Positions 38,934-49,387 of a DNA stretch of 64,000 nt are shown here, in pieces. Location: assembly GCA_964438975.1 (NCBI GenBank), contig CAYTMU010000010.1, positions 20,513-84,512 of the forward strand, read 5' to 3'. The notes below the pieces were generated by a model. The model was not told the origin of the DNA. It made no database searches and saw only the letters and a list, made by a program, of their open reading frames with translations. Both the position numbers and the translations under genes were made by a program. The DNA comes from an uncultured Roseivirgaceae bacterium (GTDB lineage Bacteria > Bacteroidota > Bacteroidia > Cytophagales > Cyclobacteriaceae). Every line of letters begins with the position of its first letter. Positions within the stretch are counted from its first letter, which is position 1.

Positions 38934-39266
38934 TTAGGCCGGGTTGCCTACCTGTGCCTCAAGCTTTTGAGCGAGGACGGATTTGGGAACCGCACCAACC
39001 TGCTTGTCAACGATCTGACCGCCTTTAAAAACCAGCAATGTAGGAATGCTGCGGATGCCATAGCGGGCTGTGACATCGGGATTTTCATCGACGTTGAGCT
39101 TCGCGACAATGGCTTTTCCTTCATAATCCCCCGCGAGTTCCTCGACAACCGGGCCGATCATCTTACAGGGTCCGCACCACTCGGCCCAAAAATCTACTAA
39201 TACAGGTTTGTCCGAGTTGATCGCGGCGTCGAAGGTGGCGTCGTTGAGTACGAGTGTTTTGCCCAT
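38934..39266 (-). CDS. trxA: Thioredoxin
   Basis: [18 protein letters not shown] active site; 110 aa. Confidence 0.95.
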   Translation of the reverse strand: MGKTLVLNDATFDAAINSDKPVLVDFWAEWCGPCKMIGPVVEELAGDYEGKAIVAKLNVDENPDVTARYGIRSIPTLLVFKGGQIVDKQVGAVPKSVLAQKLEAQVGNPA

Positions 39267-39326
39267 TTTTGTGAAGTTTAATTTCGTTTAATTAGAAACA
39301 CACGGATATGTCCAATAGTTCAGCCT

Positions 39327-39334
39327 CAAATTTA
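39327..39334 (-). promoter_or_regulatory. Candidate -7 box (TAAATTTG on the minus strand) upstream of trxA
   Basis: Matches TAnnTTTG about 60 nt upstream of the trxA ATG. A second match, TACTTTTG, lies at 39345-39352. Confidence 0.25.
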
Positions 39335-39378
39335 AACTTTCTGCCAAAAGTATGAAACCCCCGGCAGCCGCGTTTGTG

Positions 39379-42300
39379 TTAAGTCCTGACTTCGACATCG
39401 GCCACCTTCTTCATTCTCAATACCATGTCGTTAACCGGATTAACACGGAACTTTCGTGACATCAGTTCGAGGCTGATGTTCTCCTGGTCATCGCGAATCT
39501 TGAGGAACAGGGGAGTGTTGCCGCTGAATTGCTGGCACACGTCTTCGATCTTGCCGATGAGGTCGGGTGTGATCTCATTCGCGTTTACTCTCAACTGAAT
39601 ACCTTTACTGCGTTTCACACCGATTTCATTCAGCAGATCCATATTTCGTATTTTCATTTCCAGATTCTGCTGCCCCCAGTTGTTCTTTACGACCATACCT
39701 TCAAGGAAGAGGAACCAACCGATGTTGAGAAAGTTTCTGAATTTCAGATAATCTTCTCCGAAGAGCATGAATGACGTATTTCCGCTGTAGTCTTCAAGAT
39801 AGAATTTGCCGAAGGGTTTACCTGTTTTTGTCGTCCGGTGCTCAACACCGGTGACGATGCCGCCGAGTTTTAATTCTCGTCCCGCCAACGTTTCGATCTC
39901 CGTCAACTGATTGCATGCTGTGTTGCAGAACGTTTCCATTTCAAAACGGAAATGGTCAAGTGGATGTCCGGAGATGTAGATACCCACAACCTCTTTCTCC
40001 AGGTTGAGTTTTTCGATTTCGCTGAATGGTTCAACAGGTTCGATCCGCGGCTTGGGCATTTCGGCACCGGAAGTTCCTCCGAAGAGACTTGCCTGGGCGC
40101 TCTGTTCCTCCAACTGTGCTTTTACCGCGTATTTGATCGCTTTCTCGATGAGACTGATGTCGCCGTCTTTCGAGTAGACGTATTGTCTGCGGTGCAGATC
40201 TGCGAAGCAGTCAAATGCGCCGGAGAGCGCAAGGCATTCATAGGTCTTCTTGTTAACAGATCGATGGCTGAGACGTTTCGAAAAGTCGAAGATATCGATA
40301 TAACTACCAGCGCTCTCTCGTTCCTGGATGATGGCTTCGACGGCGGCATCACCGGCGCCTTTGATAGCGCCAAGTCCGAACCTTATCTCCCCTTCCTTGT
40401 TGACTTCGAAGAACTTGCCTGACTCGTTTACGTGTGGTCCGAGCACACGTATGCCAAGATTGCGGGATTCTTCTATAAAGAATGTGACGTTCTCCAGGTT
40501 GTTCTGTGAATGCGTCAGCACCGCAGCCATGTATTCGGCGGGGTAGTTCGCCTTGAGGTAGGCGGTATGATATGCGATAAGCGAGTAACAGGTTGAGTGC
40601 GATTTGTTGAATGCGTACTGTGCGAATGCTTCCCAATCCGTCCAGATCTTCTCGCATATTGTTTGTGGGTGACCGTTCTTTTGACATCCTTCGATAAATT
40701 TGTCTTTCATCTTGTCGAGGACTGCCTTTTGCTTCTTACCCATCGCCTTTCGCAGCACGTCAGCATCACCCTTGCTGAAGCCGGCGAGTTTCTGCGACAG
40801 GAGCATGACCTGCTCCTGATACACCGTAATACCATAGGTTTCGCCGAGGAACTCTTCCATTTCCGGAAGGTCATAGCGAATCGGTTCACGGCCGTGCTTC
40901 CGATTGACGAACGCAGGAATGTACTCCATCGGTCCCGGCCGATACAACGCGTTCATTGCAATAAGATCTTCGAACTTATCAGGTTTCAGTTGCCGTAGAT
41001 ACTTCTGCATACCCGCGCTTTCAAACTGGAATGTACCGGTGGTTTCGCCGCGCTGGAAAAGCTGGTACGTCGTTTCGTCATCAAGTGGTATATCTTCAAT
41101 ATCGATCTCGATACCTCTGCTTTTGCTGATATTCTTGAGCGCAGTCTTGATGATCGTCAATGTGGTTAGCCCCAGGAAATCCATTTTCAGCATCCCGGCG
41201 GATTCGACGACGCTGTTATCGAATTGGGTCACCAGCATGTCGGAATCCCGTGCAATGGATACAGGGACGAAGTTCCTGAGATCGTCGGGTGTGATGATGA
41301 CACCGCACGCGTGCGTACCCGTATTTCGGATAGATCCTTCCAGAATGACGGCTTGCTGGAGAACCTGGGCCCGAAGGTCATTTCCTTTCTTGATGTCGGC
41401 GAGTTCTTTACTCTCGTCAAAAGCCATCGACAACGTCGTTCCGGGTCGTTCGGGAATCATTTTGGCGAGAACGTTAGCGTCGCCCAGCGATAGTTCCATG
41501 ACGCGGGAGCAGTCGCGGATCGACGATTTGGCTGCCATGGTTCCGTAAGTGATGATCTGGGCCACCTGGTTCTTGCCGTATTTGTCAATTACGTATCGAA
41601 GTACTTTGTCGCGTCCTTCGTCGTCAAAGTCAATATCAATGTCAGGTAAGGATACGCGGTCGGGATTGAGGAAGCGCTCAAACAGCAGGTCGTATTTGAT
41701 TGGATCCACATTTGTGATCCCGATGCAGTAGGCTACTGCGGATCCAGCCGCAGACCCTCGACCGGGGCCGACACTCACGCCAAGTTCGCGCGCCTTCGAA
41801 GTGAAATCCTGGACGATAAGAAAGTAGCCGGGATAGCCTGTGTTTTGGATAGTCGCCAGTTCGAAATCAAGCCGGTCGATGATGGGCTGGGTAAGCTCGT
41901 CGTATCGCTTCTCAGCTCCGAGATAGGTCAGGTGTCGCAGATATTCATCTTCGGATGAGAACCCTTCGGGAATATCAAACTTGGGAAGCAGGACATTCCT
42001 TTCGAGCGTGTAGGATTCGATCTTGTCAATGATCTCGGTAATCGTCTCGATGGCCTGTGGGTGGTCTCGGAAGATCGAGCGCATCTCTTCCTGCGATTTG
42101 AAATAGTATTGGTCATTCACCATCCCATAGCGATGACCACGTCCGTAACCGATGGGTGTCGACTTGAATTCGCCCTCTTTTATGCACAACAGGACATCGT
42201 GTGCATTTGCCTCCTCCCGGTCAAGATAGAAGCACTCGTTTGCTGCAAAGTATCTGACATGGTATTTGTCGGCAAAGCGGATCAATACTTCGTTGACGTG

Positions 42301-43563
42301 ATCTTCTTCGGGGACGCCGTGCCGGTTGAGTTCCACGTAAAAATCTTCTCCGAAGAGTTCATGCCACCAGCGGAAGGCCTCTTCCGCCTGTTTTTCACCG
42401 ACGTGAAGAATCAGATGCGGAACCTCGCTGCTCAGGCTGCCGGTGGTTGCGATCAGGTCTTGTTTGTACCGGGCAATGAGTGCTTTATCAATGCGCGGAT
42501 AGATACCGTAAAGACCTTCGGTAAAAGCGAGAGAACTTAGTTTCGCGAGGTTTTGATATCCGTTCTTGTTTTTCGCAAGTAATACCTGTGTGTAGCGCTT
42601 GTCGGGGTTGTCTTTCGTGAACTTCAGCTTCAGGCGCTCTTCCGCCGTATAGAATTCGCAGCCGACGATTGCTTTTATCTCCTGGTTCGCGGCCTCTTTC
42701 ACGAACTTGAAGGCTCCGTACATATTGCCGAGGTCAGTCAGCGCGACGGCGGGCATGTTAAGCGACTTCGCCTTGCTAACCATACTCCGGATGTCGGGTG
42801 TTGCCTGCAATACCGAGAATTGGGAGTGAACGTGAAGGTGAACGAATGGTTTGCCGGCACTATGATCGCCGGTATCTGTCAACGAATAGGCTGCTTCTTT
42901 CTTTTTCTCCCGCTTGGTGAAGTTAGCTGCCTCCAGATCAGGCTCTTCGTAGTCGATCTCCTCGAACGGTGTGCTGTCGAATGGATTGGCAACTTTGTTC
43001 TTGATTAGTCCGAAGAAGCAACGCGCAGTTGCAGCAACGTCGTACGACGCATCGTGAGCATCACCGAAGTCTTTGCCAAAGAGCTTCTCGTGCAGTTCGA
43101 CCAGCCGGGGCATCTTGAGCCTTCCGCCGATTCCGCCGGCGAGTTGACAGAAATCAATAGAGACCACCCCGGTATCAACTTTGTCCAGATTCAGCAGTCG
43201 ATCGACATCAAACCGCTGCCGGATGAATTCGGCGCCAAGAATACTGATGTCAAATTCGATGTTGTGACCGACAAGCAATTGCGCTCGAGCGAGATCCTTG
43301 ATGAAGAGCTCAAGGACGTCTGAGAGCGGTGATCCTTCCTCCTGCGCGCGGCGTGTGGAGATACCGTGTATTTGTTCCGCTTTGTATGGAATATCAAAAC
43401 CATCCGGCTGAATGATCACATTCTGGCGTGACAGCAGTTTACCTTTTGCGTCGTGCAGTTGCCATGCGAGTTGTACAACTCGTGGCCAATTGTCCAGGTC
43501 AGTAATCGGCGCGGTCTTATTATGCGGAATACCAGTGGTTTCCGTGTCGAAAATCAGATACAT
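39379..43563 (-). CDS. dnaE: DNA polymerase III alpha subunit with an N-terminal DnaQ-like 3'-5' exonuclease domain
   Basis: The N-terminal ~190 aa carry MYLIFDTETTG (Exo I), LVGHNIEFDISIL (Exo II) and HDASYDVAATARCF (Exo III). Next come the PHP domain (FVHLHVHSQFS), the polymerase core (LPDIDIDF, GLLKMDFLGL) and an OB fold. Confidence 0.95.
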   Translation of the reverse strand: MYLIFDTETTGIPHNKTAPITDLDNWPRVVQLAWQLHDAKGKLLSRQNVIIQPDGFDIPYKAEQIHGISTRRAQEEGSPLSDVLELFIKDLARAQLLVGHNIEFDISILGAEFIRQRFDVDRLLNLDKVDTGVVSIDFCQLAGGIGGRLKMPRLVELHEKLFGKDFGDAHDASYDVAATARCFFGLIKNKVANPFDSTPFEEIDYEEPDLEAANFTKREKKKEAAYSLTDTGDHSAGKPFVHLHVHSQFSVLQATPDIRSMVSKAKSLNMPAVALTDLGNMYGAFKFVKEAANQEIKAIVGCEFYTAEERLKLKFTKDNPDKRYTQVLLAKNKNGYQNLAKLSSLAFTEGLYGIYPRIDKALIARYKQDLIATTGSLSSEVPHLILHVGEKQAEEAFRWWHELFGEDFYVELNRHGVPEEDHVNEVLIRFADKYHVRYFAANECFYLDREEANAHDVLLCIKEGEFKSTPIGYGRGHRYGMVNDQYYFKSQEEMRSIFRDHPQAIETITEIIDKIESYTLERNVLLPKFDIPEGFSSEDEYLRHLTYLGAEKRYDELTQPIIDRLDFELATIQNTGYPGYFLIVQDFTSKARELGVSVGPGRGSAAGSAVAYCIGITNVDPIKYDLLFERFLNPDRVSLPDIDIDFDDEGRDKVLRYVIDKYGKNQVAQIITYGTMAAKSSIRDCSRVMELSLGDANVLAKMIPERPGTTLSMAFDESKELADIKKGNDLRAQVLQQAVILEGSIRNTGTHACGVIITPDDLRNFVPVSIARDSDMLVTQFDNSVVESAGMLKMDFLGLTTLTIIKTALKNISKSRGIEIDIEDIPLDDETTYQLFQRGETTGTFQFESAGMQKYLRQLKPDKFEDLIAMNALYRPGPMEYIPAFVNRKHGREPIRYDLPEMEEFLGETYGITVYQEQVMLLSQKLAGFSKGDADVLRKAMGKKQKAVLDKMKDKFIEGCQKNGHPQTICEKIWTDWEAFAQYAFNKSHSTCYSLIAYHTAYLKANYPAEYMAAVLTHSQNNLENVTFFIEESRNLGIRVLGPHVNESGKFFEVNKEGEIRFGLGAIKGAGDAAVEAIIQERESAGSYIDIFDFSKRLSHRSVNKKTYECLALSGAFDCFADLHRRQYVYSKDGDISLIEKAIKYAVKAQLEEQSAQASLFGGTSGAEMPKPRIEPVEPFSEIEKLNLEKEVVGIYISGHPLDHFRFEMETFCNTACNQLTEIETLAGRELKLGGIVTGVEHRTTKTGKPFGKFYLEDYSGNTSFMLFGEDYLKFRNFLNIGWFLFLEGMVVKNNWGQQNLEMKIRNMDLLNEIGVKRSKGIQLRVNANEITPDLIGKIEDVCQQFSGNTPLFLKIRDDQENISLELMSRKFRVNPVNDMVLRMKKVADVEVRT

Positions 43564-43834
43564 GTAGCAAGTGGTTGTAACCTGTAAAGTTAAGGGCTCC
43601 CGTTCGAATCACAAGGAAAAAGCCCCTTCTCAAAACGCTGTTCGAACACTGTTGATTCCCGTGTGATGCTGCTGAAAGTTCGGTGGAGAACCCTGATCCA
43701 TTTTGGGAATAAATCCCAGAATATAGACAAATATTGTCACGTCTTTGGTTTGATTTTAAGTATATTACTGATATTCAATATATTACGAAAAGGGCTTGAT
43801 TTTTGGCTTATGTCGCTTGTAAACCAACACTATC

Positions 43835-43942
43835 ATGAAGCCCATATTTCAAAAATTGAAAGGTTTTTTTCAGAGAGAATGGTTCCTGTTCGTCATGCTT
43901 TTTGCCATTGGTCTGCTTGTGTTACTGTTCGAGCTGTTGTGA
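43835..43942 (+). CDS. Candidate 35-aa single-TM micro-protein upstream of sdhC (speculative)
   Basis: ATG-started ORF MKPIFQKLKGFFQREWFLFVMLFAIGLLVLLFELL with a basic N-terminus and one hydrophobic helix. It is too short for the ORF track, and I have no homology evidence. Confidence 0.3.
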   Translation: MKPIFQKLKGFFQREWFLFVMLFAIGLLVLLFELL

Positions 43943-44014
43943 GAAGCCGAGCCTAATTCTTATTTGGAACACGTTTAAATAGAATTGTTCATTGTTTCGT
44001 AAAACGTTGAGGAG

Positions 44015-44022
44015 TATTTTTG
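44015..44022 (+). promoter_or_regulatory. Candidate -7 box (TATTTTTG) with TTG 20 nt upstream, in front of sdhC
   Basis: TAnnTTTG match at 44015-44022. TTG at 43992-43994 sits at -33-like spacing. The box ends 28 nt upstream of the sdhC ATG. Confidence 0.35.
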
Positions 44023-44050
44023 GCGCACCTCAACTCAGTTACCGCAAACT

Positions 44051-44725
44051 ATGAATTGGTTATCGAATTTTTTCTCCAGCTCGCTTGGGAGAAAAGTTGT
44101 CATGGCGCTCACCGGTCTTTTTATAATTCTGTTTCTCGTTGTTCACCTGATCGGGAATCTGCAGTTACTCTACGCTGACGAAGGGCAGGCATTTAACGTG
44201 TACGCCGCGCTGATGACGAGCAATCCGCTGATCAAGGTCATTTCTATCGTAAACTATGTTATTATCCTGATGCACGTAGTGTGGTCCATCTGGATCACCA
44301 TTGTCAATCGACGTGCAAGAGGACCTGTAAATTACGCGGTTGTTCGCAACTCATCTCATTGGACGTCGCGGAACATGGGAATACTCGGTACTCTCATTTT
44401 GATTTTCCTCGTCATTCACCTTCGCGGTTTCTGGTACGAGATGCATTGGGGCGACATTCCTGTCGCGACATACGATGGTGTGGAATACAGGGATCTTTAC
44501 CGCGTGGTGGATACGGCGTATGCCAGCTTATGGTACGTACTATTGTATGTAGGTAGCATGGCGATCCTGGCCTTCCACTTATTTCACGGCTTTGCCAGTG
44601 CGTTCCAGACACTGGGACTCAACCACGTGAAATACAACCCGGTTATCAGAACGGTAGGAATAGCGTTCGCGATCATTGTCCCTGCACTGTTCGCCCTGAT
44701 TCCTATTTATATGTACTTGGACTAA
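44051..44725 (+). CDS. sdhC: Succinate dehydrogenase / fumarate reductase cytochrome b subunit (b558 family)
   Basis: Five TM helices with conserved His (VVHLIGNL, FLVIHL, FHLFHGF). It lies directly upstream of sdhA and sdhB. Confidence 0.85.
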   Translation: MNWLSNFFSSSLGRKVVMALTGLFIILFLVVHLIGNLQLLYADEGQAFNVYAALMTSNPLIKVISIVNYVIILMHVVWSIWITIVNRRARGPVNYAVVRNSSHWTSRNMGILGTLILIFLVIHLRGFWYEMHWGDIPVATYDGVEYRDLYRVVDTAYASLWYVLLYVGSMAILAFHLFHGFASAFQTLGLNHVKYNPVIRTVGIAFAIIVPALFALIPIYMYLD

Positions 44726-44789
44726 CGAGTGAATATCAGGAAGGGGCTGCAGCGGAAACGCGCGTGCTCCTTTAGACAAATACCCAGAT

Positions 44790-46712
44790 ATGAAACTAGA
44801 ATCAAAAATCCCCGATGGACCGATAGCGGAAAAGTGGTCTAAGCATAAGTTCAATCTCAAGCTGGTAAACCCGGCGAATAAGCGCAAGTACGAAATCATT
44901 GTAGTTGGTACGGGGCTCGCGGGAGCTTCCGCCGCGGCATCGCTGGCTGAGTTGGGTTATAACGTTAAGGCTTTCTGTTTTCAGGACAGCGCTCGTCGTG
45001 CGCACAGCATCGCGGCCCAGGGTGGGATAAACGCAGCGAAGAATTACAGGAATGATGGTGACAGTGTCTATCGTCTTTTCTACGACACCGTCAAAGGAGG
45101 GGATTATCGTGCGCGCGAGGGTAATGTGTATCGACTCGCCGACGTTAGTGTCAACATCATCGACCAGTGTGTTGCACAGGGGGTACCGTTTGCACGCGAA
45201 TACGGTGGTCTGCTCGATAACCGTTCTTTTGGTGGGGCGCAGGTATCGAGAACTTTTTATGCTCGCGGTCAGACGGGGCAGCAACTCCTGCTCGGTGCGT
45301 ACAGCGCGCTGAATCGTCAGATCGCGGCGGGTAAGGTGAAGATGTATAGCAGGACGGAGATGCTGGACCTCGTAGTTGCTGACGGGAAGACCCGCGGTAT
45401 CATTACGCGTGATCTCGTCACCGGAAAGATCGAGGCACACAGCGGACACGCCGTCCTGCTTTGTACCGGTGGTTACGGTAACGTATTCTTCCTTTCTACC
45501 AATGCGAAGGGATCTAACGCTACCGCTATCTGGCGCGCACATAAGAAGGGTGCCCTGTTTGGAAACCCTTGCTTTACACAGATACATCCTACATGTATCC
45601 CTGTTTCGGGAGATCATCAGTCGAAACTGACGTTGATGTCGGAGTCGCTTCGCAACGATGGCCGCGTATGGGTACCCAAGTCGCCGCGTCCGGGGCTGAA
45701 AGCCAAAGAAGCGTCAACTATCGCAGAGGCTGACAGAGACTACTTCCTCGAACGAAAATATCCGTCATTCGGGAACCTTGTTCCGCGCGACGTCGCTTCG
45801 CGCAATGCGAAGTATGCGTGCGACGAAGGAAAAGGCGTTGGCTCAGGCCTCGCAGTATTTCTCGATTTTGCCGACGCCATCAAGCGCGACGGAAGAAAGG
45901 TCATTGAAGCTAAGTACGGCAACCTGTTTGACATGTATAAGCAAATCACCGGTGACGACCCTTACGAGGTGCCGATGATGATCTATCCGGCCGTACATTA
46001 TACAATGGGAGGTCTCTGGGTCGACTACAACTTGCAAACTACTGTTCCGGGGCTTTATGCGCTCGGTGAAGCGAATTTTTCCGACCATGGTGCCAATCGC
46101 CTCGGTGCGAGCGCGCTGATGCAGGGGCTTGCAGATGGTTATTTCGTGATACCCTATACTATTGGCGACTACCTCGCGAATATCGGTTGGAATGACAAAG
46201 TAGGAACGGACCACCCTGCCTTCCGCGAGGCACTTGAAAATGTCAACAGTCGTGTGCAGAGACTCCTGTCGATCAAAGGTAAGAAGACCGTTGACCAGCT
46301 TCACCGCGAACTCGGGCTTACGATGTGGGACTTCTGCGGTATGTCGCGGACCGAGGACGGTCTGAAGAAAGCCAAGGTTCGCATTCAGGAACTGCGCAAT
46401 GAATTCTGGACGAACGTGAATGTATTGGGCGGCGCCGGTGAATTTAATCAGGAACTCGAAAAGGCCGGCCGGGTAGCAGACTTCATGGAACTGGCTGAAC
46501 TCATGGTAGACGACGCGTTGCACCGGTCAGAATCCTGTGGCGGTCATTTCCGCGAGGAATCACAAACGCCGGACGGAGAAGCGCTCAGAAAAGACGACCA
46601 GTTTGCTTATGTGGCAGCATGGGAATACAAAGGCGATGATCAGCCGGCTGTGCTTCATAAGGAGAACCTGGAATTCGAGAACGTGAAACTGACGCAGCGC
46701 AGTTACAAGTAA
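44790..46712 (+). CDS. sdhA: Succinate dehydrogenase / fumarate reductase flavoprotein subunit
   Basis: [16 protein letters not shown] fold, [18 protein letters not shown]..., [20 protein letters not shown]. Confidence 0.95.
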   Translation: MKLESKIPDGPIAEKWSKHKFNLKLVNPANKRKYEIIVVGTGLAGASAAASLAELGYNVKAFCFQDSARRAHSIAAQGGINAAKNYRNDGDSVYRLFYDTVKGGDYRAREGNVYRLADVSVNIIDQCVAQGVPFAREYGGLLDNRSFGGAQVSRTFYARGQTGQQLLLGAYSALNRQIAAGKVKMYSRTEMLDLVVADGKTRGIITRDLVTGKIEAHSGHAVLLCTGGYGNVFFLSTNAKGSNATAIWRAHKKGALFGNPCFTQIHPTCIPVSGDHQSKLTLMSESLRNDGRVWVPKSPRPGLKAKEASTIAEADRDYFLERKYPSFGNLVPRDVASRNAKYACDEGKGVGSGLAVFLDFADAIKRDGRKVIEAKYGNLFDMYKQITGDDPYEVPMMIYPAVHYTMGGLWVDYNLQTTVPGLYALGEANFSDHGANRLGASALMQGLADGYFVIPYTIGDYLANIGWNDKVGTDHPAFREALENVNSRVQRLLSIKGKKTVDQLHRELGLTMWDFCGMSRTEDGLKKAKVRIQELRNEFWTNVNVLGGAGEFNQELEKAGRVADFMELAELMVDDALHRSESCGGHFREESQTPDGEALRKDDQFAYVAAWEYKGDDQPAVLHKENLEFENVKLTQRSYK

Positions 46713-46743
46713 TTTTGGTTGTGCGTATTATAACTTTCTGAAG

Positions 46744-47502
46744 ATGAAAATCACACTTAAGGTCTGGAGACAAAAGGATCAGCAATCAAAAGGTGAATTC
46801 AAGAGCTATCAGCTGGATGACGTTTCACCTGATATGTCTTTCCTGGAAATGTTTGATGTCCTCAACCACGACCTCATACAGAAGAACGAAGACCCCGTAG
46901 CTTTCGACCACGATTGCCGCGAAGGTATTTGCGGAGCCTGCAGCATGTATATCAACGGCCGCCCTCACGGGCCGCTGCAAACTACCACGTGTCAACTCCA
47001 CATGCGCAGCTTCAGCGATGGGCAGACGATTGTTGTAGAGCCATGGCGTGCCCAGGCGTTCCCGGTGATCCGCGATCTCGTTGTTGACCGCAACTCCTTT
47101 GAGCGCATCCAGCAGGTTGGTGGTTATATATCCGTGAATACAGGTGGCGTTCCGGATGCCAATGAGATCCCGGTTCCGAAAGTAGACGCCGACAAGGCGT
47201 TTGATGCCGCCGCTTGTATCGGTTGTGGCGCCTGCGTGGCCGCGTGCAAGAATTCTTCGGCTATGCTGTTCGTCAGCGCAAAGGTTTCCCAACTCGCACT
47301 GTTGCCACAAGGTCAGCCTGAGCGAAAGACACGGGTTGAGCGAATGGTGACTCAAATGGATGCAGAAGGGTTTGGCTCGTGTACGAATACCCTGGCCTGT
47401 GAGGCTGAGTGTCCTAAGGGAATCAGCGTAGCGAACATCGCCCGAATGAACCGAGAGTATTATTCTGCCAGAGCCAAGTCGGAGAACGTCCGCGACGTCT
47501 GA
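46744..47502 (+). CDS. sdhB: Succinate dehydrogenase / fumarate reductase iron-sulfur subunit
   Basis: [17 protein letters not shown] (2Fe-2S), [11 protein letters not shown] and [15 protein letters not shown] clusters. Confidence 0.95.
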   Translation: MKITLKVWRQKDQQSKGEFKSYQLDDVSPDMSFLEMFDVLNHDLIQKNEDPVAFDHDCREGICGACSMYINGRPHGPLQTTTCQLHMRSFSDGQTIVVEPWRAQAFPVIRDLVVDRNSFERIQQVGGYISVNTGGVPDANEIPVPKVDADKAFDAAACIGCGACVAACKNSSAMLFVSAKVSQLALLPQGQPERKTRVERMVTQMDAEGFGSCTNTLACEAECPKGISVANIARMNREYYSARAKSENVRDV

Positions 47503-47667
47503 CGACTGGTAACATGTTATCCTGCAGCCCAAACCTGCTCCCTCTGATTGAGCGTGTGGAAGGGGCATCACTCAAGAGAATATAGGGCAGTGAACCCATT
47601 TCACCTCCCTTTTATGTGGTCATTCCGTTATCTTCCGGTGATCCCACCAACTCTCAAATAATTGACT

Positions 47668-47675
47668 TACCTTTG
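47668..47675 (+). promoter_or_regulatory. Candidate -7 box (TACCTTTG) upstream of the DEAD-box helicase gene
   Basis: TAnnTTTG match ending 23 nt upstream of the ATG at 47699. No convincing -33 TTG. Confidence 0.3.
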
Positions 47676-47698
47676 CCCCTTATCTCAAAAAAAAGTAC

Positions 47699-49387
47699 AT
47701 GCAATCATTTGAATCGCTGGGACTTTCCAGTGAAATTGTTGAAGCGGTAAAGAAATTGGGTTTTGAAAGCCCTACGCCGGTTCAATCGAAAGCAATCCCC
47801 GTGCTGCTGGAAGGCGACAAGGATGTCGTCTCCCTCGCTCAGACCGGTACCGGCAAGACCGCAGCATTCGGCTTGCCACTCATCCAACTGGTGGATGAGG
47901 ATACATTCGGCACGCAGGCTTTGGTGCTCGCCCCTACCCGCGAACTGTGCCTCCAGATCACCAACGACTTCGAAAACTTCTCACGATCCGTAAAACGACT
48001 CAATATCGTTTCTGTTTACGGCGGTGCCAGCATCACAGATCAGATCAGAAAGGTCAAGAAAGGTGCACATATTATCGTGGCAACACCCGGTAGATTGATG
48101 GACCTGCTGGGCAGGCGTGTCGTGAATCTCGCCAGTATCCAATACCTCGTTCTCGACGAGGCGGATGAGATGTTGAATATGGGATTCAAAGAAGACATCG
48201 ATCATATTCTGTCACATACCGGTGAAGAAAAGCGTGTATGGCTTTTCTCGGCGACAATGCCCTCCGAAGTTCGCCGCATCGCCAGCACTTACATGGATAG
48301 CCCCATGGAATTGACCGTGGGAGAAAAGAACCAGGGGAATCAGAACATCCTTCACCAATATATGGTGATCGAGGAGCGCGACCGCTATGACGCGCTTAAG
48401 CGTATCGTTGACTATAATCTCGACATGTTTGGGGTTGTTTTCTGCCGCACAAAAGCCGATACGCAAAGGGTTGCCGAGCGGCTGATAAAGGATGGATACA
48501 ATGCAGACTCGCTGCACGGCGATCTTACTCAACAACAACGCGACCGCGTGATGCGGAACTTCAAAAGTAAAACACTGCAGTTGCTGATAGCCACGGACGT
48601 CGCAGCGCGCGGGATAGACGTCAGCAACATCACGCATGTCATTCATATGAATATGCCTGATGAAATCGAGTTCTATACCCATCGCAGCGGGCGTACAGCC
48701 CGTGCGGGAAAAACAGGAATCTCGATAGCCCTGATTACCCGAAAGGAATTGCACAAGATCCGCCAGATCGAAAAGATGATCAAATCTACGTTCACTCGTG
48801 CATTGGTACCTACCGGGCAGGAGGTGTGCGAGAAGCGGGTGTTGAATATTGTTCACCGCTTGCGCGAGGTACAACTTGCTGAAAACGAAATTGCCAGTTT
48901 TCTGCCGGCGGTTTATGACGAACTCGAATCGCTCAGCAAGGAGGAGATCATCAAGCGGTTTACCGCACTGGAATTCAATCATTTCCTCGACTATTATCGC
49001 GGTGCCCCCGACCTCAATCAATCGGATAAAGGTGAGCGTGAACCTCGTCAATCAGAATTTACCGGTGGGGGTGATCGTCTCTTTATCAACCTGGGTAAAA
49101 TGGATGGTCTCGACGTCGGAAAACTGCTTGCGATGATCTGTGATCGAACCGACATCTCTCGTAAGAAGATCGGAAGGATCGATCTCAAGGGTGCTTATTC
49201 GTTCTTCGAAGTTGAGAGTGATGCTACTGACATGGTGCGAAATCGCCTCCACGGCTTTGAATTCAAGGGCCGTGTGGTTCGTATCGAAGTGACGTCACGA
49301 GGCGATGCACGTGCGCGACGCAAGTCTCATGCCGGCGCGCGGAATACGAAGCGAACCTGGAGCAAAACGGGTAATCGCGTGCGCTGA
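47699..49387 (+). CDS. DEAD-box ATP-dependent RNA helicase with a DbpA-type RNA-binding C-terminal domain
   Basis: Q motif, AQTGTGKTAAF, VLDEADEM, SAT, HRSGRTARAG. C-terminal DRLFINLGKMDGLDVGKLL...RIDLKGAYSFFEV and an Arg-rich tail. Confidence 0.93.
   Translation: MQSFESLGLSSEIVEAVKKLGFESPTPVQSKAIPVLLEGDKDVVSLAQTGTGKTAAFGLPLIQLVDEDTFGTQALVLAPTRELCLQITNDFENFSRSVKRLNIVSVYGGASITDQIRKVKKGAHIIVATPGRLMDLLGRRVVNLASIQYLVLDEADEMLNMGFKEDIDHILSHTGEEKRVWLFSATMPSEVRRIASTYMDSPMELTVGEKNQGNQNILHQYMVIEERDRYDALKRIVDYNLDMFGVVFCRTKADTQRVAERLIKDGYNADSLHGDLTQQQRDRVMRNFKSKTLQLLIATDVAARGIDVSNITHVIHMNMPDEIEFYTHRSGRTARAGKTGISIALITRKELHKIRQIEKMIKSTFTRALVPTGQEVCEKRVLNIVHRLREVQLAENEIASFLPAVYDELESLSKEEIIKRFTALEFNHFLDYYRGAPDLNQSDKGEREPRQSEFTGGGDRLFINLGKMDGLDVGKLLAMICDRTDISRKKIGRIDLKGAYSFFEVESDATDMVRNRLHGFEFKGRVVRIEVTSRGDARARRKSHAGARNTKRTWSKTGNRVR

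Noticed and set aside
43590-43625. tRNA-like GTTCGAATC (T-loop-like) sequence in the dnaE/sdhC spacer
   Set aside because: There is no flanking 5-bp T-stem, no acceptor or anticodon arms, and no CCA-compatible end. It is a chance match.
44802-47571. Several long antisense ORFs (44802-45617, 45843-46523, 46825-47571) across sdhA and sdhB
   Set aside because: sdhA and sdhB are unambiguous from their motifs. The antisense translations are Arg/Ser/Leu-rich with no domains, so they are shadow ORFs.
48212-49051. 279-codon ORF antisense to the DEAD-box helicase gene
   Set aside because: The same reasoning applies. The helicase frame carries every canonical motif and the antisense product carries none.
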